Source of the DNA: Dimargaris cristalligena
Lineage: Eukaryota
NCBI GenBank assembly: GCA_003614675.1
Contig: ML002290.1
Span: 1 to 46,943, forward strand
Reading direction: 5' to 3'
DNA length: 46,943 nt
Under the pieces are notes generated by a model. The model did not search any database, was not told where the DNA came from, and was given only the letters and a program-made list of their open reading frames with translations. Position 1 is the first letter of the stretch; the number at the start of each line of letters is the position of its first letter. This document shows positions 1 through 12,311 of this stretch, piece by piece. A program made the translations under genes and the position numbers.

Positions 1-158
1 TCCTCGATGACGACTTGGCCGACGGCGACGACGGGGTGAGTCCGAAGGAGGGTGGCGTAGAAGAGCGAGGCCACAACGTAGAAGGGCTGCAGCAGTACGC
101 CCGGGTGGAATGTAGACCACTCCTCCGTAAAAGCGGTGGCGGTCGTGGCCGAGTCCAT
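1..158 (-). CDS. Possible 5' end of a gene running off the left edge (MDSATTATAFTEEWSTFHPGVLLQPFYVVASLFYATLLRTHPVVAVGQVVIE...)
   Basis: ATG at 158 in a CCAAGC-ATG-G context. GC-rich open frame to base 1 with AT-richer DNA upstream. All three minus frames are open here, so the frame is uncertain. Confidence 0.35.
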   Translation of the reverse strand, partial: MDSATTATAFTEEWSTFHPGVLLQPFYVVASLFYATLLRTHPVVAVGQVVIE

Positions 159-1151
159 GCTTGGTTGGTCGGGGACGGCCGGAATTAGGTAGAAATGGAT
201 ATGTATGTATAAACTAGCTAGAGATTCTTACTAATGATAAGAAACTACACAGTTACTCGAGACCCAAGTAGAGGACAATGAGTGTTTACGGAAGGTATCG
301 TAGCTGACGAAAGTGCAATTCGGTAGTCAATAAGGTAAGGCGAGAAGAAGCCCAGACTCAGGCAATTCACAGCCAAAGAAGTCCCGGGTCGCCGGGCTGG
401 CTTTTATCAGCCAATAATTAGCCAAATTTCCCCTTTTCTCTCTTTCCCCATCGGGTAAACCCAACCTTGGCATGGTGAAGGGATGCATAAAAGAACAAGG
501 GGAGGGAGTCCAACGTCACCTGGCCCAAGGCCCAATGGAGCTAAGGGCGGTGTGTGTCGTCGTACACACCCCGCTGAAAACACCCCCATCCCTCGCTTGA
601 TTATTCGAACCAATGTGGCGAACAAGCCCCATTTCTACACCATAATGGAGATAATACCAAAACACTCCCCCCAAGCCATTCCCAAGTGCCGCTTAAGCTC
701 TGGAATAATTCAGATAGCTCGAGGGAACAGCCCGATCTGCATACCGCTGATATATATCCCTTGTTAAAGTCAAATGATACACCGGGAGAAACGAGGATAG
801 GCGCCCTGGTTTCACAAGACTCTCTCCTCCCCCTTGCCGTAGTCAGCTATCTAGAGTGGGGTCGCACTGATTATAATCGCCCATTTATTTTGTTTCGGGG
901 TAGTATAGTGTAAATGACATGTCGCGGCAGGAGTTTTAACTCGGTCCTAGTATCGCAAGTATCAACTATACATCAGAGGCAAAATCGTTAAGAAAGACAT
1001 AAAAATGGCATAATGGATATGGGTAACCCGCCAGTAGAGTGTATTGTATGTATGAATTGACATAATAACAATGGGGAAGATATTTCTTCCCATGCCATCG
1101 TGATTTTGGAACGAGAAGAAAAGGAAAGGGTCATTCTCACGTGTAAAGATT

Positions 1152-2971
1152 TTAAGCCGAAGGGGTGGATTTGGCCCATGCCCGGGGGGCCTCCAGGACT
1201 TCAACCAGACGAGCCTCTTCCGAGCCCGGCTCAGGCAGGTGGCAGTATTCCCAACGGGCGGTTAGGGGCAGCGACATGAGAATACTTTCGATGCGGGCTC
1301 CGGGAGTGAACAATCCGAATTTCGTTCCCCGGTCGTGGATCAAGTTAAACTCGACGTACCGGCCCCGGCGCAGCTGCTGCCACTGTTTCTGGGCCTCCGT
1401 GAACGGCAGGTCCTTGCGTTTTTCGATAATGGGCACGTACGAGGGCAGAAACGCCTTACCGCACGACCGCACAAACGCAAAAATAGCTTCGGGATCCCGG
1501 TCGTCCAAATCGTCAAAGAAAATACCGCCAATGCCACGGGCTTCCCCACGGTGCGGCAGGTAGAAGTAGCGGTCGCACCATTCCTTGAATTGCGGATAGT
1601 ATTTCGGGTCGTGCTGGTCACACGCCGCCTTGATCGTAGCGTGGAAATGCTCGGCGTCTTCGTTGAATAGGTAGCTGGGGGTCAAGTCACAGCCGCCCCC
1701 GAACCAGGCCATCTGGGGCTTCGTCGGATCGGCGGGGTTTTCGATTTCGAAGTAGCGGTAATTTAAGTGTACCGTCGGGGCCATGGGGTTTTTGGGGTGC
1801 ATCACAATGGAAATACCTGCTACGCAAAAGGGCACGTCGGAGTCACCAACGATATCCTTGTTGCGGGCCTTCATTTGGGCCACGGCGGCCCGGGAGAGCT
1901 GGCCGTCGATAACTGAGACATTGACTCCCGCCTTTTCGAACACATTGCCGTCCTGCAAGACGCAGGAGATACCGTACCCCCCCTCGGGCCGGGTCCAGTG
2001 GTCGGCGAAGAAGGGCTTTCCGTCAATTCGGGAGATTTCAGTGGTGATTTCCTTCTGGAGCTCCAGAATGAACTGCTCCATCCGGTGGTGCAGTTTACGG
2101 TTACCCTGGACTTCCTCTGAAACAACCGACTGGTACCATTTGTTTAAAAAAAAGGCGGTAAAGCAATACACAGGAAAAGTGGAAAGCATTAATGGTTAGA
2201 TCATTTCTTAGGAACCGGGTGATGTTATGTCAGCGTAAACACCAATCTAGAATAGATTTTATCAATTGATTGTTAACACGAGGTGGTACTACATACTTTA
2301 TGGGCAGGCTTACTGTCAGTACTGGATTCCTTGGCCTTGGCGAGTTGAGGCGACGCAGCCTTGAAATGGGGTAGGGATATGCAAAGGGGGCAGGTTTTAA
2401 ATCCGAATTAGATTATTGAGAACCAGCTTTGATCAGAGTCAAATATATATATATATATATATATATAAATCCGACCGTCGTATTCTAGCCCTGTATCCCG
2501 CTGTTGCCAAACTGCCTAGAAATCCAAGGCACTTTACCTGAGTGTAGTAATAAGCACCCCCACCAATACCGAGCGCAGCTAGGGTGTAAAGAGCGGGTTT
2601 GTAAGAAGCGGCGGCGGTGGCCCCCGGGCCAGAGGTTGCATAACCGCGGACGCCGGCGGCGCAACCCTTCTGGGTAGCCGATGCGGTTCGAGAAAATCTA
2701 AACAATTGGCCCAATGGAAAAGCAAGCGTGGCGGTAATGAGTGGATTAGTAGCCTATACGGGTGGATTTCTAACGAAGCCCGCCAATTTAACCCCAGGTC
2801 CCTAATCCCCATCTGGCCGGCTAGCAAATGTACTCGCAGTCTGACAGCCAATCCCTCGGGGAAGTATATTCATGGACCAACCCGCTTTAGTATAGTTTTG
2901 CATGGGATAACCTACGGGGTACGCAACAGAGCCTGCGGGGCCCGACGGGGGAGGGCACGGATCAGCGACAT
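1152..2971 (-). CDS. HEM13: Oxygen-dependent coproporphyrinogen III oxidase; exons 2916-2971, 2538-2697, 2297-2359, 1152-2129 (~418 aa)
   Basis: Motifs [72 protein letters not shown]. Phase-consistent donors (GTAGGT, GTAAAG, GTATGT) and AG acceptors link three upstream exons to the main ORF. Confidence 0.95.
2443..2467. repeat. (AT)n microsatellite in HEM13 intron 2
   Basis: Perfect AT run of about 12 units. Confidence 0.9.
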
Positions 2972-4102
2972 GGTAAGTTCTTGCAATTCGTTATTGAGAC
3001 GTGAAAAGTGGGGTTAAATAAACCGAGGGAAGGGTGCAATAATAAGAGCAAAATAAAACGTGGGTACAGACAAGGGGCTAACTAAAGGTATGAGACTGGC
3101 TTAAAACAGAAAATGTGGAGCATATTATAGAAAACGATTGTATGTATGTATATATATTCAATATATCCATATATTAAGGGATGAGAGCCGCCATCAGCTA
3201 GTTTTAAATACTGAAGCTGGATAATGGGGTCAACAGTGAGGAGAAGGGGGTTTCAGCATACTTAATTCGACCAGCTATGTGTTACTTGGGCGGAAACAGA
3301 CTATTCACGCCGGCCCGGCTATTCCCGATTCCCCGCACCACACCACTTGCTGGGCTGATTTCTTTGAATACACAGAGCCCTTGTATTGTCATGGCGGTTA
3401 GTGCGAATCCGAGTCTCGCCCCCATCCGTGGATTACCGATGTTTTCGGCTGATAGGCCCGCATTGCCATATATCGGCTAACTTGACTGCGGCACCAATAA
3501 ATACATCGGATGGCAGCTTAGCCGCGTATTCAGGCAATAGGGGTTTTGGTAAAAGAGGCAGCAACGTATACAGCAACGCCTACCAACTGTATTATATATT
3601 ATGTTCCCAGTCCCAATATTCGAACCTCTTTCCATTTGATAGATAATCAATGAATCACATTTTATTACAAGTAAAGAGAAAGGGGGGTATGTTGGCAATA
3701 TACACGAACTATATAAAGGGGGATATAAACATGTGTACAGAATATATAAAGGGTTGGCTGAGAGGTGCGTTTGTAAAGGAATGGGTAATGCGAAAGTTCC
3801 TCTGTAGGTGGCAGGAGGGGTGGTCGCCTAGTAAATAGCGAAGAACAAAGGGAAATATGCCAGGACCAGGACCAGGACCAGGCAATAGTAAAATAATATA
3901 AATGGCTTAGAAGAGCCCTAGTGGAAGGATGGTTATGCAGCAGGTAACTCGCCAGGGCCCCGAAAGGATGAATTTGTAAATAGGAGTAAACAAAACCACT
4001 GCAATATAAACGAATCTCTCCGAAAAAATAACCGCAAAATTGAATGACCAGAGTTAGAGAGAGAGATATCAATATAGGCAATGGCCAACGTAAACTGTAG
4101 GG

Positions 4103-5976
4103 CTAATCAATTTCCATCCGAATCGGCTGAACAAATCGCTCTGGCGAACTGTTATCACTAACCACCTCCTTCTCTCCCCTCGGCCGACGGTTTCGGGAGC
4201 CCCGCACCGTAATAATTTGACTTTCGTTGGGATCGCCAATCATGGACGCCCGGGACCGCGCTTCAAGCAGGCCCTGGCCAAAGTCGTGGTAACAACGTAA
4301 CCCGTAGCCGAACGACAGGACAATGAGGATCACATTGACGCACACGTAGAACAAAATGTAGCCGCTGGAGTAGGTATAAACTGGGTCATCCCGACTCATG
4401 CCCCTGGCCACAAGCGCCAATTCGAACAAAATGTACCCCAGTCCCAAGACCAGCCCCCCCAAGAATATGAGCATTAGGGGCCGCTGTTCCCGGATCAGAC
4501 CCAGGTAGCCCGCGGTGAGAATCACCATTTCAAAGAAGAAGGCCAGCAACGCCCGGATCCAGGGATAATAGGGCCCGTCGGCCACCCAAAGGGTGAGGAC
4601 TTGGATGGCGAACACTTCAAAGAAAAAAGCGTCCAGCTTAAATAAGGTCACCATGATAAGGAAGTTGACGTTGAGGCGGCGAATTTGGACATCGGCCCCG
4701 AGCTTCTTGTAGAAACTCCAGGCGAATTCACGATATAGGAAAACCCCCAGAGCCATAATGACCAAGGTGCCCGCTGCCAAGAAGGCGAGAAGGACATACT
4801 CAAACGCCTTGGTATTCTTGACGGACAGTTCGGTGTAGTTGTCTTCAATGTAGTTGAGTTCCCATCCGGTGAGCTGGAGAAGCGTAATAGTTTAAGCGGC
4901 CGCCGCATTAGGATAGAGTAAAAAATCGAGCATGGTTGGTTAGCAAAAAAAGGAAAAATCATTAAGGGTGAGTAAAATAGGCTTTGGTACAGTGATGCTC
5001 CAAGATATACGTGTTAATTGGCCATCATAAAAATGAATGGTAAAGTATGAGCCGGAGATTCATAGATGACAAATAACTGTTAGTGGGGCCTACCGTTGGC
5101 AAATGGTAGTATTGAATCACTGCGAACACAATGGTCAGGATGCTGAATATTATAAGGGACCCCGCTTGGAAGATGTTTTTGTGGACGAGCTAGAATGGGT
5201 GGAGATGTGGGGCGTGAATATTGAATGTAAGATAATAATCGTGGGATGCCAGTACACGTACATGGATGTAAACAAACCTATTTACTACCGTATCCATTAG
5301 AAGCCAAGATTTCGGACGAGATAGGACATCGGAGCAAGGGGGTAGAGTGGGTCATCTGACCCACCTCCCAGCACTTCGGATTACGCGGCCCCGTAACAGG
5401 GGGCCTTCCACGAGATGAAGGTACACTTACCGTATCCCACCAGCTCACCAGCAGGTACACCAGGGAGGCGATGAAGATGGCGTTGTACACGATAATCGGT
5501 GTAGAATTCTGGATAAGCCGCCAGTTGTTAAAATGTTCGGTTTGGTTATTCTTTTGCGCCCAATAGGTGAAATCGATTTGATCCAGTTGGCCTGTCATCA
5601 CCAAGCATTGGGCGATTAATGCTACGAGCAACGATGCGAAAATGGCGATTAGGGCGATACCGGCCCACTTGCCGCTCGGGAGCTAATGGCCGGGAAATTA
5701 AATGCAATATAATATACAGCGGGCATACCCAAATACACCAAATTAAATCTAACAAACTCGATTAAACCAAACAGTTCATGGCTATTGGCCTTATGCAGGC
5801 TAATCCCGCTATTTCCTCCTACGGAACTATAAGGCGATATATAACGAGTGTAGATATTATAAATCTAGTCAACCTACCACCCGGCTTATAAAGGTTCGTT
5901 TGGGTTTGGCGTACACGACATTGCCGTCAGGTATCAGAATAATGGGCTTCAATCGCTCATTCGCATGGTTGGCCAT
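4103..5976 (-). CDS. Multi-pass (~8 TM) membrane protein, UPF0658-like fungal family, paralog A; exons 5878-5976, 5431-5682, 5094-5189, 4103-4873 (~405 aa)
   Basis: All three introns are phase 0 with GT..AG. Family-type motifs WWDTLVHKNIFQ, EFAWSFYKKLGADVQIR, LFKLDAFFF, GLIREQ, CYHDFGQGL. C-terminus MEID. Confidence 0.85.
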
Positions 5977-8240
5977 TCTGGGCAATACTAAAAAGTTACT
6001 AAGGCTCGGTTTAAAGATAGGGGTGAGGGTTGATTAGAACGCGGAGTTGGATAGGCCTCGCCTGGTTAGTTTGGATATCCCGTGTAGGACCAGACTGACA
6101 AAACGTGGCTCGATAAAAGGTGGGCGGGTACACAGGCAACTGCCAAGTCGGTGACTATCTGCGAATGACACGTTGGGGTTGCGAGTTGGAATTAAAATGA
6201 ACCAGGAAAGGAGAAGGAGAAGAAAGAAGGGGGAGTGAAGGAGGAGGGGAGAAGTACGGAGGTATTAATGGTGGGGTTCAATGCGGAACAGACTTGCTGG
6301 GTGTAACAGGGGGGGAGTAAGTCTCAGTGAACAGTCTATAGTAGATAAGGCAAGTGCAGTAGACGGCCAAGAGCCCGGAACAATAAGAATAGGAGTGGGA
6401 GTGAGAGTCGGTGGGTAGATGGATAATAAATCGAAACCAGCCGTAGGACAGAAAAAACCGTAGTCAACCAGGGCGCGGGGGGACTGGCTTATAAGGGACA
6501 ACAATACACTTAGGCCTGATATATATTACTACCATTATTCAGTGGCACCCTTATTCTTGCGCCCGGGTGACTATGGGCTCGATTAGGGTAGAACAATATA
6601 ATATATAAAAAAAAGATCCAAAGGGATTTTTTGGAAATGCGATTTTTATTATGTATGGCCTACTGTGGTGAGTGTGGTATTAAAATAGGCACAATATCCT
6701 TAAGCGATCTACACTCAATCAGGCGTAAGCTAACCGCCCACGAATCAAGCCAGTAATGTACGGTTGAGCAGGTTATATGGCTAGAATTAGGGAAGGGAAA
6801 AGATATAAAGGAGAAAAGCAAGGTCCGCCGCCGTACAATAGGGATTTCAAGAAACAATAGCCACTTCACTAGTCAAGCTGATGGAGCCCCGGTTAATCGG
6901 TTTCTGTACAGCGCAATTGTTCTCCTGGAACTTGGATTGTGTGTGTGTGTGGCCCACCTGGACAGGGAATTAGACATAGTCCGGCAGCATAGTTAACCCT
7001 TTTCTCTGGCCCACCGAATGGCAACGGCTCAGCTAAAATGGAAAGCCAAGAACAGCGCCAGCTTGGTTAGTGGTAAATCGCCTTACTCTTCACTATCCCT
7101 TTTCTGGCCTTCCCAATACATACGATTCCCCCGCGAGGAACGACGAATAGACGCCGTTGCCTTGGCGGCTGTAAGGCCTGTGGTCTCCCCTCTACACCTC
7201 CCTCCACACACACGCATGGGTTCCCATGATGTGGACATGACGCTGGTAGTTCCTAAACAATGCTTTGGCGGATGACCCTGAGCGGAGTGGGTTCGTTGGG
7301 AGCGTGCATTGTCTGCCCAGAAAGAGCGGCCTTATTGGAAAGGGTATCTATAATACATCGGCTCTGAGTCACTCTACTGGTAGTGAGTGGAGCGAGTCTC
7401 TCTATTTGCCCCATGAACTTGCTACTACTACTGACGTGTGGCATGGGTGGGGGCACGGAATGAAGTGGGTATGGTATGAGACTGTTTCGCCAAGACGCTG
7501 CGTATTTCTTCATGCCCGCCGTCGTTCGCTATATTTTTTTTCATACAGATCTATCCATGGGAAACAGGCGGCAGTATTAAAAGCCCCCCTCCCCTCCCTC
7601 GTGCATATTGTTGGAGACCCCTTTTATTGACCCACGGGCAGCAGAATATGCCATACTAACGCCTTGGCTTACATAGAAATGACGAACGTTGAGTGCCAAG
7701 GAGATTGGCGCTGCTGATCGGTAAGCGTAACTAAACTGGCTGAGTTGCCATTATAGACTTATTAAACCTTCGTTAACAATCGGCCAGAAAGGGGATGAAG
7801 AGCTAGCTGGTCCCTTTTTAATAATGTTACACAGGTACAGTGCTATCTTTACTACTAGTAGTAACTGCTAGGTTACACGCATACCTATTAAAAAAAAAAC
7901 ATCCGAAAAAGGCCGACGTCTACTAAAAAAAGGACTGCAATAAATATTGTAAAAATAGTGGAGGTTAAATTTGACAAATTAAAATTGAAAAAGGCAGGTC
8001 TAAACCCAAATAATGACATAATCGAAGACACAGATTTAAAAGATCATCCTAACCAAAGGCCCGTAATTCGAGGAGGAGGGGAAAGACTGTACATATAGCC
8101 ACATGTCCCACTAGTATTATTAGGGAGTAGGACATGCAGCAATGATCAGGCCAAAGCAAAGAACGTTAGTGTATGGGGGGGAGGAAGAAGGGATATAGGG
8201 GATAAGTCGAATACATGTATACCAGGCTAAGTCGGACCGA

Positions 8241-9541
8241 CTAGTCGATCTCGACGTTGCTAATGGGGCGCATGGCCGCCTGGGCCGAAGTGGGTCTTCC
8301 GGTCCAGCGTTTGCTCGTCGGGAGACTTTCGAATTCCTGACTACTTTCCGCCCGGGCTTCTTTCAACCCCCGGTTAAAATTCCGTAGACACAGTACGCCG
8401 TAGCTAAATGACGCGATAATCAGAAGAATAAGAATCACCGAGAAGAAATAGAGGAACTTGCGACTATTAACGTAGGGGTCGTCGGCGTGTTCTTCGGAGT
8501 GGATCATGTAGGCTAGTTCAAACACAATATAAGCCAGGCCAATGACCAGTCCGGTTAAATAGGCGTAGGTGACGGCGCGGTTTTCCCGATTAACGCCAAA
8601 GTAGCCTAGGAGAATGACGAGAATACTCAGGGGTAGACCCAGGGCGACTCGTAAAATGGTCCCGGTGGAGTCAAAAGTCAGGAGGAGGGTGACCATTTGG
8701 ATGGCGTAGCTGGTGAAGAAGAAGAAGTCCAACTTGAGCAACATAATCAAAACAAGGTGGTGCACGTTCATGGACCGGATACGGACATCGGCCCCGAGGC
8801 GTTGGTAGAAGCCCCACGCGAACGACCGATACAACGGATAGGCCAAAACGAGGAGACAGAAGCTGCAAAATGACACCATAGCCGTCAAGCCCAATTCGAA
8901 CTCGCGGGTGTTGTACACATAACCTACACCGTGGTCATTCATAATATGGTCCATGTCGGTCATACTCAAATGCGAGTGTTGGAATGACTGAATGACACTG
9001 TACATAATTAGCATCAGGTTGAAAGCCACCAATGAGAAGACTTGGAAGATGTTCTGCTGCACTAGGGCGTCCCACCACGACACTACCGAGTACACCACCG
9101 CAAAGGCAAACACGGCGTGGTACACGAGAATGGGTTTGGACTTGCTCATGACATCAATGAAGGCCATTTGGTCGGTGTGGTGGGTGAGTCCCGACTCGTT
9201 GACTTGGCTCAAGTGGGCTACCGCGATTAAGGCCTCCAGCACAATGGATACAATTGCCTGGCAAATGACCAATATAAGTGTGATGCGGGCGACCTGGGAG
9301 GAGGGAAACTAAGGGGTATGATGAGAAGAATAGACCGGCATATGGTGGATAAAGTTAAAGGGGGAGAAGAATTGGAGTCACAAGTGTAGGCAGCCAGGAA
9401 TGGTGTGACCATATGAATAAAGTCACATATACACCCAAGGAGGACAATGAACTTGCACAGTGATTAATACTTTATTCGGTATTCCCAGGCACTTAGGAGA
9501 GGTATCCCCGGGTGGGAAGATGGCCGTACCAGACTGGCCAT
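8241..9541 (-). CDS. Multi-pass membrane protein, paralog B; main exon 8241-9308. First coding exon uncertain: MASL at 9530-9541, or MKGP...PGM at 9649-9723
   Basis: TAG acceptor followed by FPSSQVARITL. Motifs WWDALVQQNIFQ, FAWGFYQRLGADVRIR, LLKLDFFFF, GVNREN, CLRNFNRGL, SNVEID. Both candidate first exons end in phase-0 GT donors. Confidence 0.85.
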
Positions 9542-12311
9542 TTCCCCCGCTAGGCGTGGTTAGCAATAATGCCTCATATACAGGGCACATGGGGGGCTAT
9601 GTCACACAACCTGGGCCAATATGGAGCAAAGTGAACTATTATACTTACCATGCCTGGTTTCGATGACATCCCCGGTGGGTCGGATACGAGGCTCAACAGC
9701 CGTGATGAAACGGGCCCTTTCATGGTGTAACAATTGGGCCGGGTAATAACTGGTGGACGACTCGATTGAAAATAAAACAAATGAATATGTACCGCGTATG
9801 GACGGAGGCAATAGTAAGCGGCAGGTGAAGGGAACTGGCCACCGACGGTTGGTTAAATATCGGGTCGGACGAGCAGTGGAAAATAGCGATAACTCCGCCA
9901 AGAATAGGCTGATTTCAAAAAGAACGGTGGGGGAGCGAAGGCGAATGATAAAACTCTTAGTACAGAGATAAATGCAGGACACTTGGCAAATAAAAGTAAA
10001 ACACACAGCAGCTGGCAAAAAATGAGCAACCGGAATGGGGACAGGCCTTTATTATATAGAAATGCCGGGGGGAAGGTCGGATGATTTGTCATTGGAATTG
10101 TAGATTGGCCCAAATAGGAAGGGGTCAACAAAGAAAATAAATCCCTCACCACTCCCTTCCTTCCCACTTCCTCCTCCCATCAATCTCTCCCTATGTATCC
10201 GAGACCTTAACCACACGTATATTTTACTCACTTTGGCACCCACCTCTTGTCCTTATCCAAGTCCTTTCGCATGGGGAGTAGGCCGCTATTGGCCAGTCGA
10301 TTCCACCAGTCGTAATGGCTGTTGTTTTTTTGCTGGAGAAGTACGGGGGAAGGAACTAGCTGTCAAGGATTGAGGAAACCTTGTGGACCTCAGACCCGAA
10401 GCTCTGCTATTCCGAAACAATCCAGTTTTCTTCTGATTAACTTGGAATTGACGAATAATGAGACGGATACCAGTTAGGCGGGATGTCCAGATATCAATGG
10501 GGGAAAAATGGGGCGGCCGTCGTAAGCTGGGTCATATATTTCACAAGCTGTTGAGAAGGAAATAGTACTTCACCAGTGGTAATGAGTCGTGTACTATTCA
10601 GCGTCAATAAATCAGCACCTAGAGCAATACCAGAATTGTGACCAGTGTGGTCTATACCACGAATACTCAATCTTGAAGGTGTGATATGTCGGGCGGCGGG
10701 AAGCGGTAAAACTACCATTGTCTCAGCATAAAAGGGGGCTTGGAATAAACCCTCAGAAAAAGCGCGTACTTGAACACTCAATATGCATTCAAAAGTACCC
10801 TTGCGCATGGAATGCGTAAAACAACGCGAACTGCAACGCCGACATTATTTGACAATTGAAAGAATGCCGGGGATAGGATTGGTATCATTTTCTACAATGT
10901 GTTTATGTATGCCACCATCCTCCAAAGTAGGTAAAACTGGATATTGCCAGCCCAATACTGAATAAACACAACGAACCATAGACAACAAACACGCTTATTT
11001 AGCCACAGCGGTCCTCCGAATAAATGCAGAGACAATAGACACGCCGAAATGGAGAAGCGACCAAATCGATATCTCCATTGCTTATGGGGCTTTCAGTTAG
11101 TAAATCAAAAAAATAGGCACAGTTGTTGTAATACGAAATGGAGATTAACAATATGAATACAGCTGGCAATGTCAATCCCAACAATAGAACTTTAACAACT
11201 GCCTTGCCTGTGAATTGTCCGTCGGGAAACCGTACCCTCTTTTGTTCGGTTGATCGGCAACGCACCAGTAAGCCTCCAATAAAACTGACCATGGCAGCCC
11301 AAAGTTCACCGCATAACCAAAAGAGCTTAAGCACTGTCTAGCAGGTCACGAAACGCAATATATTGTCAGCTATAGATGTGCGCCACACGGCTCGAAGTAC
11401 ATTAATGTAGACTGACTCTGTCATGGAATGCAGTCCATTATGGTGAAACCATTTGCAAAACACAATGGTTTTCATTGGAATATAAGCCACCTTGAAAAAC
11501 ACAATATAACAATTAATCTATGCATTACATGACCAACTAATCCATTCATCCGGGTACACCATATTTAAGAGCAAGAATAAAACAAGCTATCGTCGACCTG
11601 CTTGCTGCTGACATTGTTCCCAAGCAAAAACCTGGCATGGTGAAATAGTGGCTTTTGTGGTTACTTTATGTCACCACGACTACTTGGAAACACCAGAACA
11701 ACATACACTTTAAGCATACAGGGATATTGCCACTCTTAACCAACTTTAAGTGGATCGGCTGGGCCTTAAACCACAAGCAAAAGAGAGTTTCTGGTTGCGC
11801 CCAAGCGGCAGAGCAAACCCTTGTAGCGTAGGTAGCACGGAAGAGCTGGTCGATAGCATGGCCAAGAACAAATGGGCCCATTCATTAACTAGAATACATG
11901 TATTAACCCGTATTGGAATTACTAACCATCAACTGAAACATGATTTATTTACTAAAGCAACACGGGCGCTTTAAAAAAAGTAAATAAAGCATTATCCGCT
12001 GGATCACAGGCAGAGGGGGTTAGAAATTAAAGAAGACCCTCCATTACCAGTGATTGTGCCCAGATTAGGCCGCAACGTAGCCAGAGTTGTCTATTCCGCC
12101 AATACCAACCAAATGGTTCAAGATGCAATCCAAGGATTTCGCGTAGACCTCACTGGTGTCTTAATATCAGAGAAACAGTATGAGTTGATAGCCGGAGGTC
12201 CACCATGCCATTAAATATAATAGTATGCAAAAACAACATCATAAAAAAAAAACAAATAGGCCCGTTGGCCCCAATTAAGTAACTAAACATCATAATACCA
12301 AACCAGATAAG

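Noticed and set aside
1165-2199. Plus-strand and alternate-frame ORFs over HEM13
   Set aside because: Shadows of a GC3-rich coding strand with no independent features.
3861-3882. (CAGGAC)n short repeat and hydrophobic ORF 3665-4081
   Set aside because: Simple repeat in the 3' flank of paralog A. The ORF reflects T-rich UTR composition.
10494-11974. Short ORFs between paralogs B and C as a fifth paralog, pseudogene or transposon
   Set aside because: No family motifs, no consistent splice chain, no terminal repeats or transposase/RT motifs recognised.
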